64,000 nt of DNA from Gammaproteobacteria bacterium (GCA_965237805.1 OZ250153.1:512001-576000), one strand, 5' to 3'. Numbered from the stretch's first letter, positions 30,455-45,232 are shown. Numbers and translations: made by a program. The notes: a model not told the origin generated them from the letters alone.

Positions 30455-31327
30455 ATGATGGTGACAAACAACAAAAGCTGTGAAGGACGCGTCGCACTGG
30501 TGACCGGTGCCAGCCGCGGCATCGGGCTGGCCATCGCCCGTCGACTTGCCGCCGAGGGCGCCAGCGTGGTGGTCAACTGCTCGCGCCTCGGCGTGCACGG
30601 TCAACAGCCGGGGACGCTGACAGAGACGGTGAGCCTCATCCAAGCCAATGGCGGCCGCGCTGCCGCCGAGGTGACCGATCTACAAGACGGCGATGCGCGC
30701 GCCGACTTAGTGGCTCGCGCCGAGCAGCATTTCGGCCCGTTGGATATCTTGGTCAACAATGCGGCCACCACCAAATGGGCCTTCCCCAGCCAGTGCGGCT
30801 TGGCAGACCGCCACCGCATCTTCGAGGTCAACTACAACGCCCCGGTGGACTTGGCTCAACAGAGTCTGCCGGGCATGATGGAGCGCGGCGAGGGCTGGAT
30901 CCTCAACATCACCAGCGCCTCGGCGCAGCAACCACAAGTGCCCTACCGCGACTCCAAAGAGGCGGCTCACACCATCGTCGTGTACGGCTCCAGCAAAGCG
31001 GCGCTGAATCGCTACACCGAAGGATTGGCGCACGAAGTGATCGACAGCGGCGTATTCGTCAACGCGCTGATGCCGGTGGCGATCGCACTGACCCCACAGG
31101 CGGCCGCCCTCGTCGGCCACATCGCCCGGAGCAGCCCGGACATGGCCGAGAATGTCGAAGTCATGGCCGAGGCGGCGCTGGAACTGGTGACCGGACGCCA
31201 TGTCGGGCAGATCGCTTACAGCCGCGTGCTGTTGCACCAAGTGGCACGCAAAGTCCATAGCTTGGACGGCTGCGAGGAGTTGGGAGATGCCTTCTTGGCA
31301 GCCGATATGTCGATGGTCGACAGCTGA
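30455..31327 (+). CDS. SDR (same subfamily as 13455-14357)
   Basis: TGASRGIG, GTLTETV, NNAA, YGSSK, SLDG tail. Confidence 0.88.
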   Translation: MMVTNNKSCEGRVALVTGASRGIGLAIARRLAAEGASVVVNCSRLGVHGQQPGTLTETVSLIQANGGRAAAEVTDLQDGDARADLVARAEQHFGPLDILVNNAATTKWAFPSQCGLADRHRIFEVNYNAPVDLAQQSLPGMMERGEGWILNITSASAQQPQVPYRDSKEAAHTIVVYGSSKAALNRYTEGLAHEVIDSGVFVNALMPVAIALTPQAAALVGHIARSSPDMAENVEVMAEAALELVTGRHVGQIAYSRVLLHQVARKVHSLDGCEELGDAFLAADMSMVDS

Positions 31328-31364
31328 GCGCGGCAGCGCTCCCGCCTCCGCCATGCGCAAACGC

Positions 31365-31766
31365 TCAGGCCAACCAGCGATCCCAAATTGTCATGCCCCA
31401 GCACATCCCCGCCAGGACCAGACTGATCAACAGGGCGGCCGCCGCTTGATCCTTAGCGCGCCCGGCCAAGGCGTGGTACTTGGTGCCGACGCGGTCACTG
31501 AGGCTTTCCAAAGCCGAGTTCAGCAACTCGCAGATCAGCACCAGCAGACAGCTTGCGATCAGCAAGCTGCGCTCGCCGCTGTCGCGCCCGAGCCACATCG
31601 CCATCGGCAACAGGGCGGCGCAAAACAGCACTTCAATGCGAAAAGCACGCTCCACCCGCCAAGTGGCGACAAGACCGCGCAGGGCAAAACCAAATGCGCG
31701 CCAGGCATGGGGCAGCAAGGCTTGGGGCACAGGCTTGCCTTCGGCCCGCCCATTGGACTCGGTCAT
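31365..31766 (-). CDS. dgkA: Diacylglycerol kinase
   Basis: ERAFRIE, ELLNSALE...D, H.LAGRAKD.AAAA. Confidence 0.92.
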   Translation of the reverse strand: MTESNGRAEGKPVPQALLPHAWRAFGFALRGLVATWRVERAFRIEVLFCAALLPMAMWLGRDSGERSLLIASCLLVLICELLNSALESLSDRVGTKYHALAGRAKDQAAAALLISLVLAGMCWGMTIWDRWLA

Positions 31767-31839
31767 ATGAGCATCCTAGCAGGCGGCAAAGCCGCAGCGG
31801 ACAGCTGCCGTCATTATAGTCAGGAAGGCGCGAGCACTA

Positions 31840-32838
31840 ATGTTTGAAGCACTGCGCATCTCAATGGAAGAGGATCAGCGCCACTGGCATATCCAGTGGC
31901 GGCACGCGCCGAGCGGCACCGTGACCCTCTATGGAGGCATGCACCCAGAGCACATCGACCACAGTCGCCCCCTCGGCCAGACCGAGGGCAAGGCCTTGCG
32001 TGTCCCGGTAACAAGCGGCATCTATTTCTGCTTGGAACTCGACGGCTCAGGCCAGCTCGCCGGGCCGCGACGCATGCCCTTCCGCACAGTGCCAAACTTC
32101 CGCGAACTGGGCGGCTACCCGGTGGGGGACGGTCGTCAGCTGCGCTGGGGACAGCTGTACCGCAGCGGCCACTTGGCCGACTTGACAGACGCTGGGGACG
32201 AGGCCTTGCTAAGCTCCTTGCGCATCGGCAAAATCATCGATTTTCGTCATCACAGTGAAGTCAAAAGCCAACCCCACCGACTGCCTCCCTCCCCGCCCCA
32301 GTTGAGTTCGCTGCCGATTACGCCGGGCAGCCTCAATGGTTACCAGCGCTGGTGGGATCACGACGGCAAACTCGAGCTCAGTGCCGACGAGATGGCTCAG
32401 AAGATGTGCGAAATCAACCGCGACCTCGCCATCGGCCAAAGCGAGCACTACCAGCGCATGTTCGAGCTGCTGGTCATGCCATGCCAAGGCGCGCTGCTGA
32501 TCAACTGCACGGCTGGCAAGGATCGCACAGGCTTCGGTGTGGCCTTAGTGCTACTGGCGCTGGGAGCGACGCGGGAGGCGGTGATGTCCGACTATATGCT
32601 GAGCGCCGAATTCCTCGGCACCGAGGGCAATATGAAGCGCGTGCTGAGGCGCTACGGCGTCGATGATGCAATACTACTCGACTCGTGGCGTCCAGTACTG
32701 ACCGTGCGCCGCGAGTACCTACAGCACGCTTTCGATGCCATCGATGAGCACTACCCGAGCACCGAGGACTACCTCGAGCAACGCTTGGGGGTGGACCACG
32801 CGATGCGGACAGCGTTGCGCGATCGCTTCACCGAATAA
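31840..32838 (+). CDS. Protein tyrosine/serine phosphatase (PtpB/IphP-like)
   Basis: NFRELGGY, LYRSGHL, DFR, CTAGKDRTG P-loop, DYMLS. Confidence 0.9.
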   Translation: MFEALRISMEEDQRHWHIQWRHAPSGTVTLYGGMHPEHIDHSRPLGQTEGKALRVPVTSGIYFCLELDGSGQLAGPRRMPFRTVPNFRELGGYPVGDGRQLRWGQLYRSGHLADLTDAGDEALLSSLRIGKIIDFRHHSEVKSQPHRLPPSPPQLSSLPITPGSLNGYQRWWDHDGKLELSADEMAQKMCEINRDLAIGQSEHYQRMFELLVMPCQGALLINCTAGKDRTGFGVALVLLALGATREAVMSDYMLSAEFLGTEGNMKRVLRRYGVDDAILLDSWRPVLTVRREYLQHAFDAIDEHYPSTEDYLEQRLGVDHAMRTALRDRFTE

Positions 32839-32860
32839 GCACCACACATCAAAAGCAACA

Positions 32861-32878
32861 GCCCGCATCGATGCGGGC
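32861..32878. terminator. Palindrome between convergent phosphatase gene and tRNA-Leu, likely terminator
   Basis: GCCCGCATCGATGCGGGC perfect inverted repeat; U-rich tail on the minus strand. Confidence 0.5.
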
Positions 32879-32907
32879 AACGGGCGAGCTGCCCCTGCGT
32901 TTGAGTA

Positions 32908-32994
32908 TGGTGCCGAAGACCGGACTCGAACCGGCACGACCTAAAGGCCACTGCCCCCTCAAGACAGCGTGTCTACCAGTTCCACCACTTCGGC
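32908..32994 (-). tRNA. tRNA-Leu(GAG)
   Basis: GCCGAAG acceptor, TGGTAGAC D-loop, CTGTC-TTGAGGG-GGCAG anticodon arm, long variable arm, GGTTCGAGTCC, encoded CCA; conserved position after secG. Confidence 0.97.
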
Positions 32995-33037
32995 ATCGGC
33001 AAAGCTTGGACTGCACCGCAGGAGCGCGTTCAGACAA

Positions 33038-33671
33038 TCAGGGAACATCCGGCAAGTCGTCGGCGGGAAACTGCGCCGGTGCATCGAACTCGACGACCTC
33101 AGCAGGCAGCTCAGTGGGCACCCCTTGGTCTATGCCTTGCTTGGCCAGCAGCGCCAAAGCAAAACTGGCGGCAAAGAACACGACCACCAGCACCGTCGTG
33201 ACCCGCGACAGCACATTGCCACCGCCGCTGGCCAAATAGCGTCTGCGCACTACCGGCACCAAAAGAGGCACCGCGCCACGCTGCAAAACTGGCGGCAAAG
33301 AACACGACCAAACTGTAGCTGGCGTAAACCAGCACCGTCGTGACCCGCGACAGCACATTGACAATAAACGGGGGAGGGGCATCCTTATGTCTAGTGGCTC
33401 TCCCACTGACTAGCTTGTCTTTGATATCAGGGTGCACGCCGCTAGGGCCAAATAGCGTCTGCGCACTACCGGCACCAAAAGAGGCCCCCGCGTCGGCACC
33501 GCGGCCACGCTGCAACAACACCAACACAATGATGGCCAAGGAGACCACCGCATGCAACACCAAAACATCTCCCCGTGACTTGTTGCAAGAGCTAGCTCCC
33601 ATCCGATGCCAAACTGTAGCTGGCGTCCTGCCCAAATCGTCAATCGCTTAGCTTAGCATAAAAACCGCCAT
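33038..33671 (-). pseudogene. secG: secG, disrupted by internal duplication and insertions (real or assembly artefact)
   Basis: VLLQRGRGADAGASFGAGSAQTLFG and NVLSRVTTVL...FFAASFAL segments, partly present twice; lies between tpiA and tRNA-Leu. Confidence 0.85.
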
Positions 33672-33696
33672 CACGCCACCACAGCGCGGGTTCCCG

Positions 33697-34446
<750 letters not shown>

Positions 34447-34555
34447 CAGCTAAGACATCCCGCTGAAAGCGACGGTTGGCCGAGGCAGAATGCCGCGCCT
34501 CAGCGCCACCAGACGCCCGATCTGGCCATCGCAGAGCGACGGTTAGCGCAGGCAT

Positions 34556-35917
34556 TCACAGCTGCTGCTGAACGACCTCGGCCACCGCATTGGCCATGGC
34601 GCGCACCTGCTTGCTGTCCTCACCTTCTACCATGACACGGACCACGGCCTCGGTGCCGGAAGGACGTAGCAGGATGCGTCCGGTCAAGCCCAAGGTGCTC
34701 TGGGTGGCGGCCACCACCTTGCGTACCGGGGCGGCGGCGCAGATAGAGCGACCCTTCAACGCGACCGAAATGGGCACATTGACTAGGTGTTGTGGCAGGC
34801 GTTGCATGCCACTGCTCAGCTCCTGCAGTGTACTGCCAGTATTGATCAACGTCTGTAGCACACAGAGGGAGGCGACGATGCCGTCCCCTGTGGTGGTGTC
34901 AGTATGGCACATGATATGCCCAGAACTCTCGCCACCCAAGACCCAATTGCGCTGATCGAGAGCCTCGCGCACATAGCGGTCGCCGACCTCGGTGCGCACA
35001 AAGGGGACACGCTCGCCTTTCAGCGCCCGCTCCAAGCCCAAATTGCTCATCTGCGTGCCGACCACGCCATCACAGCGCCCGTGACGGCGCAAAGTCTCCA
35101 TCGCCAACACATAGAGCAGCTGGTCGCCATCCACCGTGCGCCCATCGCTGTCGACAAACAACACCCGATCACCATCGCCGTCGAAGGCGATACCGACATC
35201 TAATTTCTGCTCCAAAACCGTGCGACGCAAAGCCGCCAGATCGGTGGAGCCACAGCGATGGTTGATGTTGAGCCCATCCGGTTCGGCACCGATTATCGTC
35301 AGCTCCGCACCCAGTTCGGACAGCGTCAACGGTGCCACCCGGTAGGTCGCCCCGTGGGCACAGTCCAAGGCGATGCGCATGCCGTCCAAGCGCATCCCCC
35401 GCACCACACTCTTGCAATATTCCACATAGCGCCCACCCGCGTCCGCCTGCCGGCGCGGCCTGCCGAGACGGCTCGACCCCACCACTTGGACCCCCTTGGC
35501 GTCCCCCAATCGCTCGCGGACGCGCCGCTCCATCGGCGAGGAGAACTTGCGCCCATGGGAGTTGAAGAATTTGAAGCCGTTGTCGTGGTGAGGGTTGTGT
35601 GAAGCGCTGACCATCACACCCGCTACCGCCCCCAGCGTGTGGGTCAACCAAGCCACTGCGGGCGTTGGCAACGGCCCCGGCAGCAGCACATCCATGCCAG
35701 CAGAGATGAGTCCTGACTGCAGTGCAGTCTCCAGCATATAGCCGGAGATACGCGTGTCCTTGCTGATGATGACTTGACCGCGGTGGGCCTTGCCCCTGCC
35801 CGCCAGCGCCCGCCCCAAAGCCCAGCCCAAGCGCACACCAAACTCGGGGTTGACGAAGTCATCGCCAACCCGACCGCGGATGCCGTCTGTGCCAAAATAA
35901 TTTGGTGTCATGGGCAT
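34556..35917 (-). CDS. glmM: Phosphoglucosamine mutase
   Basis: YFGTDGIRG, KDTRISGY, SASHNP, FDGDGDR, GGESSGH, RPSGTE. Confidence 0.97.
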   Translation of the reverse strand: MPMTPNYFGTDGIRGRVGDDFVNPEFGVRLGWALGRALAGRGKAHRGQVIISKDTRISGYMLETALQSGLISAGMDVLLPGPLPTPAVAWLTHTLGAVAGVMVSASHNPHHDNGFKFFNSHGRKFSSPMERRVRERLGDAKGVQVVGSSRLGRPRRQADAGGRYVEYCKSVVRGMRLDGMRIALDCAHGATYRVAPLTLSELGAELTIIGAEPDGLNINHRCGSTDLAALRRTVLEQKLDVGIAFDGDGDRVLFVDSDGRTVDGDQLLYVLAMETLRRHGRCDGVVGTQMSNLGLERALKGERVPFVRTEVGDRYVREALDQRNWVLGGESSGHIMCHTDTTTGDGIVASLCVLQTLINTGSTLQELSSGMQRLPQHLVNVPISVALKGRSICAAAPVRKVVAATQSTLGLTGRILLRPSGTEAVVRVMVEGEDSKQVRAMANAVAEVVQQQL

Positions 35918-35958
35918 AGTTCTGCCCTTTTAGTTGCGGGGGAGCACACTTAATTTTA

Positions 35959-36849
35959 CTATGAAGCGGTGACTGACATGGTGCTGGCGGCGCGCAGCGC
36001 CGATGCCATACGCACTGCATCCACTGTCTGGGCGACATCGTGAGCACGGACAATATGTGCCCCTTGGAAGACTGCCAACGCCGCCAGCGCCACACCCGCC
36101 GCAAGGCGTTCATCCACACCGCGCCCCAGTATCTGCCCGATCAAAGACTTGCGCGAAACGCCGACTAGCAATGGCTGCCCTTCGGCTGCCAGCGTGTCGA
36201 GACAGCCGAGTAACGATAGGTTGTGCGCCAGTGTCTTGCCAAAGCCTATGCCCGGATCGAAAACGATGCGATCGCGGGAGATACCAGCCGCGACACAGGC
36301 CGCAAGGCGCCCGCGCAGGAAGTCGCGCACCTCGGCGACGACATCGTCGTAGCGCGGCTCGAGCTGCATCGTGGCGGGCTCTCCGTTCATATGCATCAGG
36401 CAGACTGGCAGGCCACTGGCGGCTGCTGCAGCCAGCGCCCCCGGACGGCTAAGAGCGCGCACATCGTTGATCAGGCCCGCCCCGAGCGAGGCTGCCTCGG
36501 CCATCAGACCGGGATCGCTGCTATCAACGGAGACCGTGACATCAAATTCGCCCACCAGCGCCTCTACCACAGGCAGCACCCGGTCGCACTCCTCGCCCGG
36601 CGACACTGGCAGCGCCCCGGGGCGGGTCGACTCGCCACCCACATCAAGCATGGCCGCGCCCGCAGCCACCATGGCGGTTGCCCGGTGCAGGATCTTCGCG
36701 ATACGCGGGCGACCATCGGCGAATAGCTGAGCGCCGTCGGAGAAGGAATCCGGCGTGATGTTCAGCACCGCCATGACCTGCGCCGTGCCGAGCTCGTGGC
36801 ATCGCCCGGCACAGCGCAACACCGGTCCCTCTGCGGGGGCATTCAGCAT
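35959..36849 (-). CDS. folP: Dihydropteroate synthase
   Basis: LNITPDSFSDG, GGESTRPG, DPGIGFGK, SRKS, RAHDV; start approximate. Confidence 0.96.
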   Translation of the reverse strand: MLNAPAEGPVLRCAGRCHELGTAQVMAVLNITPDSFSDGAQLFADGRPRIAKILHRATAMVAAGAAMLDVGGESTRPGALPVSPGEECDRVLPVVEALVGEFDVTVSVDSSDPGLMAEAASLGAGLINDVRALSRPGALAAAAASGLPVCLMHMNGEPATMQLEPRYDDVVAEVRDFLRGRLAACVAAGISRDRIVFDPGIGFGKTLAHNLSLLGCLDTLAAEGQPLLVGVSRKSLIGQILGRGVDERLAAGVALAALAVFQGAHIVRAHDVAQTVDAVRMASALRAASTMSVTAS

Positions 36850-36951
36850 CGACTGGCACACATCGCGGGGACGGGCGAGAGGGCGGCGGCTGGCACCATA
36901 TGATGGCAAACGGCAGCTGGGAAGCCGCCTGCTGGGGGCTTCAGACCGCCT

Positions 36952-38892
36952 TCAACACTCGCCGACCACACCGTCGACATCGACCACTGGCACCCCGTCA
37001 TCGGCTTCCCCGTCATCGGCTTCCCCGGCAGCATGATCGGCGGCTGCAGCGTCTGAGGAGAACTCCGACACGGGTTTGGGCGGACGCGGCGGCTTATCCT
37101 CCATGATGTCGGCAATCTGCAATTGGTTCAAGCTCTCATAGCGGATCAAGGCACTGGCCATCGCATGCAGGCGATTCATATTCTCCTCCAGCAGGCGCTT
37201 CGCCTCGGCATAGCAGTGGGTCACGATGCGGTGGACTTCATGGTCGATCTGCTTCGCCGTGTCCGGTGAGATCCCGACATGCGGACCGGAGGCAGCCACA
37301 CGCCCCAAGAACAACTCGTCAGTGCCACCGTCGTAGAGTAGCGGCCCCAACTTGTCGGACAGACCCCAGCGCATGACCATGTGGCGCACAATCTCCGTCG
37401 CTTGGCGGATATCGTTGGAGGCACCAGTGGTGATGCCCTCGACCCCGAGCACCAACTCCTCCGCCACCCGACCACCGAACAGGCTGCACACCCGGCTGAT
37501 GATCGAGCGCCGCGAACTGCTGTGGCGTTCTTCCTCGGGCAGAAACATGGTCATACCGAGGGCGCGGCCATGTGGGATGATACTGACCTTGTAGACCGAA
37601 TCGTGCTCTGGCACCAAGCGCCCGACAATCGCGTGACCCGCCTCGTGGTAGGCGGTGATGCGCTTCTCGTGATCCGACATGACCATCGACGGACGGGCGC
37701 GCCCCATCATCAATTTATCTTTGGCTGCTTCGAAATGATCCATGTGCACCTGCTCTTGGTTCACATGCGCGGCACCCAGCGCCGCCTCGTTGCACAGATT
37801 GGCGAGGTCTGCACCAGAGAAACCTGGCGTGGCCTTGGCCAGCACATCTGGATCAACATCATCGGCCAGCTGTAGTTTGCGCATATGCACTTTGAGGATG
37901 GCACTGCGCCCGCGGATGTCCGGCAGATGCACCACCACTTGGCGGTCAAAGCGCCCCGGGCGCAACAATGCCGGATCCAGCACATCGGGACGATTGGTGG
38001 CAGCGATGACGATGATGTTGGACGCTTCCTCGAAACCGTCCATCTCGACCAGCAGCTGGTTCAGCGTCTGCTCGCGCTCGTCGTGGCCACCGCCGAGGCC
38101 AGTACCGCGGTGGCGACCGACGGCATCGATCTCATCGATGAAAACAATGCAGGGTGAGACCTTGCGCGCCTGAGCGAACATATCGCGCACCCGCGATGCG
38201 CCGACACCGACAAACATCTCGACGAAATCGGAACCAGAGATCGAGAAAAACACCACCCCCGCCTCACCGGCAATAGCCCGCGCCAGCAAAGTCTTGCCCG
38301 TGCCCGGCGGGCCGACCATCAACACGCCGTGCGGAATGCGCCCACCGAGGCGCTCAAAACGCGCTGGATCGCGCAGGAAATCGACCAATTCCTCCACCTC
38401 CTCCTTCGCCTCTTCGATACCGGCAACATCTTTGAAGGTGGTGGTGAGATTATCGGTTGGCTGTATCCGCGCCCGATTGCGCCCGAAAGATAGCGGACCG
38501 TTTCGGCCACCCATGCTGGACTGCAAGTGGCGCGACAGGAAGACGAAGGCCGTGATGATCAGCAGAATCGGGAAGGAAGTGATCAGCAGCTGTAGCCACA
38601 GGCTTTGCTCGGCTGGCAAACGCCCCTCGACGGTGACCCCGTAGTTCAGCAGATCTGACATCAGCCCTTGGTCGGGAGCCGAGGGGCGTACCGATCTGAA
38701 ATTGCTACCGTCCTTGCGATGACCGCTAATCTCTTGGCCGTCGATTACCACGCGATCGATCAGCCCGTCCTGTACCTCGGAGACAAACTCCGAATACAAC
38801 AGCGCCTCAGAGGGAGCTGACTGGCGCATATTCTGCATCGCCACGACCAGCAAACCAGTCAACGCCAATATGAAAAAGAGATTTTTGCTCAT
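36952..38892 (-). CDS. ftsH: ATP-dependent zinc metalloprotease FtsH
   Basis: Two TM helices, [27 protein letters not shown]. Confidence 0.98.
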   Translation of the reverse strand: MSKNLFFILALTGLLVVAMQNMRQSAPSEALLYSEFVSEVQDGLIDRVVIDGQEISGHRKDGSNFRSVRPSAPDQGLMSDLLNYGVTVEGRLPAEQSLWLQLLITSFPILLIITAFVFLSRHLQSSMGGRNGPLSFGRNRARIQPTDNLTTTFKDVAGIEEAKEEVEELVDFLRDPARFERLGGRIPHGVLMVGPPGTGKTLLARAIAGEAGVVFFSISGSDFVEMFVGVGASRVRDMFAQARKVSPCIVFIDEIDAVGRHRGTGLGGGHDEREQTLNQLLVEMDGFEEASNIIVIAATNRPDVLDPALLRPGRFDRQVVVHLPDIRGRSAILKVHMRKLQLADDVDPDVLAKATPGFSGADLANLCNEAALGAAHVNQEQVHMDHFEAAKDKLMMGRARPSMVMSDHEKRITAYHEAGHAIVGRLVPEHDSVYKVSIIPHGRALGMTMFLPEEERHSSSRRSIISRVCSLFGGRVAEELVLGVEGITTGASNDIRQATEIVRHMVMRWGLSDKLGPLLYDGGTDELFLGRVAASGPHVGISPDTAKQIDHEVHRIVTHCYAEAKRLLEENMNRLHAMASALIRYESLNQLQIADIMEDKPPRPPKPVSEFSSDAAAADHAAGEADDGEADDGVPVVDVDGVVGEC

Positions 38893-39018
38893 CTATCTCT
38901 GATCGTGCTCCATGGATTTGGGGCTAAACAAACCGCGCCCGCAAGCGCCAGAGCCAATAACCCCAGCGCAAACGGGGCGAAAGCGGATTATACCACTGCA
39001 GAGGGTGGTTGGAGAGCC

Positions 39019-39630
39019 TTAGCGGTGTAATCCGACGGCGTGCGCATAGATCTCTTTGGAGCTGGGACGCGAGGCGCTGGCCCGCATCAGCTGCAGGCGC
39101 TGACAGCGCGTGCGCAGCGAGCGCACCCGCTCATCGCCACCACTGCCTTGGAACAATTTGATCAGCAACTGGCTCGCGGGATGGCACAGCGCCCCGGCCA
39201 GCTCCAAGGCCCGCTCCACCAGCGCATCGCAGGCCGTTGCATCCACCACCGTCACGCCGCTCAGCGGCGGAGCCGCATCGCACAGCAGCACATCGACTGG
39301 GCGTCCGCCCAACAGCCCCGCCAGCGCCTCCAGCACCCCGGGGTCGTCCATATCGGCCTGCAAAGTGGCGACCCCGGGTAGGGACGCGATGGGCTCGCGG
39401 TCGAGGGCGACGACCAAGCCGGAGCTGCCGGTCTCTTCGCGTGCCACTTGGGAGAAGCCGCCCGGTGCGGCCCCCAGATCCAAGACCACCATTCCCGGGC
39501 GCAACAGACCGCAGCGGCGCTGGATATCGATCAGTTTGAAAGCCGCCCGAGAGCGGTAGCCGCAGCGGCGCGCAAGACGGCTGTGGTAATCGTCATCCCA
39601 ACGCCGCCCACTACGCGACGCCCGGCTCAC
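39019..39630 (-). CDS. rlmE: 23S rRNA Um2552 methyltransferase
   Basis: [30 protein letters not shown]; GTG start overlaps the greA stop. Confidence 0.93.
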   Translation of the reverse strand: MSRASRSGRRWDDDYHSRLARRCGYRSRAAFKLIDIQRRCGLLRPGMVVLDLGAAPGGFSQVAREETGSSGLVVALDREPIASLPGVATLQADMDDPGVLEALAGLLGGRPVDVLLCDAAPPLSGVTVVDATACDALVERALELAGALCHPASQLLIKLFQGSGGDERVRSLRTRCQRLQLMRASASRPSSKEIYAHAVGLHR

Positions 39631-40103
39631 AAATGGTGCACAGCGCGGATTTCGTATTCCACATCGCCGCCCGGCGTCGCGACCGTCACCTGATCGCCGA
39701 CATTGCACCCGACCAGCGCCCGCGCAATCGGCGAGTGCAGCGAAATGAGCTGATTGTCGGGATCGGCTTCATCCTCGCCGACGATCCGGTAGCGCAGCTC
39801 GCAATCGTCGGACAGCCGTAGCAACTCCAAGGTGGTGCCAAAGATCACTCGCCCAGTATTCTCAATATTAGAGATATCAATGATCTCCGCCCGAGCCAGA
39901 CTGGACTCTATCGAGCGGACGCGCCCCTCGACGAAGCCTTGGCGCTCGCGGGCAGCATTGTATTCGGCATTTTCACGCAGATCACCGTGGGCGCGAGCCT
40001 CTGCGATGGAGGCGATCAGAATCGGGCGCTCCACTTCCTTGAGCCGCCGCAGCTCCTCGCGCAACGCCTGCTCGCCCTGCGGAGTCATTGGTGAGCGTTC
40101 CAT
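39627..40103 (-). CDS. greA: Transcription elongation factor GreA
   Basis: [29 protein letters not shown]. Confidence 0.97.
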   Translation of the reverse strand: MERSPMTPQGEQALREELRRLKEVERPILIASIAEARAHGDLRENAEYNAARERQGFVEGRVRSIESSLARAEIIDISNIENTGRVIFGTTLELLRLSDDCELRYRIVGEDEADPDNQLISLHSPIARALVGCNVGDQVTVATPGGDVEYEIRAVHHL

Positions 40104-40216
40104 CACAGTCCCCCCAAACCGCCACAGCAAGTGCATCTGGATCAGGCGGATCGCCGGCCGCAACACAACCGTGCCGATGATGCCGCACAGCTTGGATTAT
40201 AGACGCAAGCGGCAGC

Positions 40217-43466
<3,250 letters not shown>

Positions 43467-43474
<8 letters not shown>

Positions 43475-44642
43475 CGCCGTCTCCTCGGGGAGTCATCAGC
43501 TCGACGAAGCGCTGGAACAGACCATCGGCATCGTGCGGGCCCGGGCTCGCCTCCGGGTGGCCTTGGAAGCCGAAAGCCGGGCGCTCGCTGTGCTCCACCC
43601 CCTGCAATGAGCCATCGAATAGCGAGTGGTGGGTGGCGCGCAACACCGCGGGCAATGAGTCTTCGTCGACGGCAAAGCCATGGTTCTGGCTGGTGACCAG
43701 CACCCGCTCGTCGGCCGCCACGCGTACCGGATGGTTGGCACCGTGGTGGCCAAACTTCATCTTGACCGTGCGGGCACCGGCGGCCAGCGCCAAGATTTGG
43801 TGGCCGAGGCAGATACCGAACAGCGGCATCCCGACGGCCAGCAGCTCACGCACGGTGGCAATGGCATAGGTGCAGGCGGCCGGATCGCCAGGGCCGTTGG
43901 AGAGAAAGACGCCGTCGGGGGACAGCGCCAAGATGTCGGCGACCGGTGTGGTGGCCGGCACCAATGTCAGGCGACAGCCATGGGCGACCAACAGGCGCAG
44001 GATGTTGCGCTTGACACCAAAATCGACCACCACGACATGGCGGCGCGGCGGCGGTGCGGCGGCGAAGCCCTGTGGTGTCCAAGTGGAATCCCCCCAGTCA
44101 CAGATCTCGGCCACGCTGACCTCGCGCGCCAGATCCATACCCGCCAAGCCCGGGAAAGCACGGGCAGCCGCGATGGCCTCATCGTCATCTGGCAAGGCGG
44201 CGGACTCGGCAGCTGCAAGCTCAGCGGAGGGTGGCAGGCAGTGCAGATAGGCATCGACAGCTCCACCCTCGCGCAGGCGCTGGGTCAGTGTGCGGGTGTC
44301 GATGCCAGCGATAGCTGGCACGCCCCGCTCGCGCAGATAGTCCCCCAGCGACTGCCGGGAGCGATGGTTGCTCGGCACCGAGGGCGGCTCGCGTAGCACC
44401 AGCGCAGCCGCGTGGACCTGAGCCGACTCCTCATCCTCTGAATTGACCCCGACATTGCCGATGTGGGGGCAGGTGAAAGTGACCAGCTGGCGGCGATAAG
44501 AAGGGTCTGTGATGATCTCCTGATAGCCACTCATCGCGGTGTTGAAGACCAGTTCGCCGACCGCCTCACCGGCGGCACCCACCGAGCGACCGCGCAGGAC
44601 AGTGCCATCGGCCAAGGCCAAAAGGGCGCTGGGGGCGCTCAC
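43467..44642 (-). CDS. carA: Carbamoyl-phosphate synthase small subunit
   Basis: [37 protein letters not shown]. Confidence 0.99.
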
Positions 44643-44732
44643 GGCTGGGCGACGGCGAGGCGTCGGCTAGGAGCGATGATCAGCCCGCTGAGGGCGCAAC
44701 CAAGCAAGCTGGTACAGGGGGGTGAACAGGCT

Positions 44733-44767
44733 AAAAAAAAACGGGGAGCCAGCAAGCCAGCCCCCCG
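44733..44767 (-). terminator. Intrinsic terminator/attenuator in the carA leader
   Basis: Minus strand CGGGGGGCTGG-CTTG-CTGGCTCCCCG followed by T9, ~90 nt upstream of carA. Confidence 0.75.
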
Positions 44768-44805
44768 CAATAGATAAGACGCAACGATAGCCATATCGGG
44801 CGCGT

Positions 44806-44835
44806 ATTGTGCCACAGACCAAGGATGGCTGTCTA
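44806..44835 (-). promoter_or_regulatory. Putative sigma70 promoter of carAB
   Basis: TAGACA, 18-nt spacer ending in TGn, CACAAT. Confidence 0.5.
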
Positions 44836-45027
44836 CAGTACAACGGAGGCGTAGTGGCTCTGTTCAGACTGCTGGCCAGTGCCAACATCTCATCATAGGC
44901 TCCACAAGCGGCTCGACCATACTTGCTGCGTCAAAGCGGCAACCACACTGCAGACAAACCGCCAATATAGGAATTATGCACCAAGATCCCCTATCAGCAC
45001 GCACTAATGATGCCTGCCAGCACGCGC

Positions 45028-45139
45028 CAACAAGGGGTGGTACTGTCAGTACATGCAACAAGGGGAGTACTAGCTATACGTGTCAACAAGGGGAGTACTA
45101 GCTGTACTGTGTCAACAAGCTGTACTGTCGAGTACGTGT
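45028..45139 (+). repeat. Four degenerate tandem 27-29 bp repeats
   Basis: Units start at 45028, 45056, 45084, 45113; consensus approx CAACAAGGGGAGTACT..C.GTAC.TGT. Confidence 0.88.
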
Positions 45140-45142
45140 CTA

Positions 45143-45180
45143 TTGACGCACTTGACAAATCGGAATAAGTGTGTCAAAAT
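45143..45180 (+). promoter_or_regulatory. Sigma70-like promoter overlapped by an 11-bp inverted repeat (operator-like)
   Basis: TTGACA (45152-45157), 17 nt, CAAAAT (45175-45180); TTGACGCACTT (45143-45153) and AAGTGTGTCAA (45167-45177) are 10/11 complementary. Confidence 0.6.
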
Positions 45181-45232
45181 ACGTGAAAGTTGGGAAGAGT
45201 CGCACGCTTCGCGCTAGGACAAGGGTAACATC

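Noticed and set aside
32839-32994. Integrative element at tRNA-Leu
   Set aside because: No integrase and no duplicated tRNA 3' end noticed in the window.
36993-37027. 15-bp tandem repeat in the ftsH tail (GEADD x2)
   Set aside because: Ordinary slippage in a disordered acidic C-terminus.
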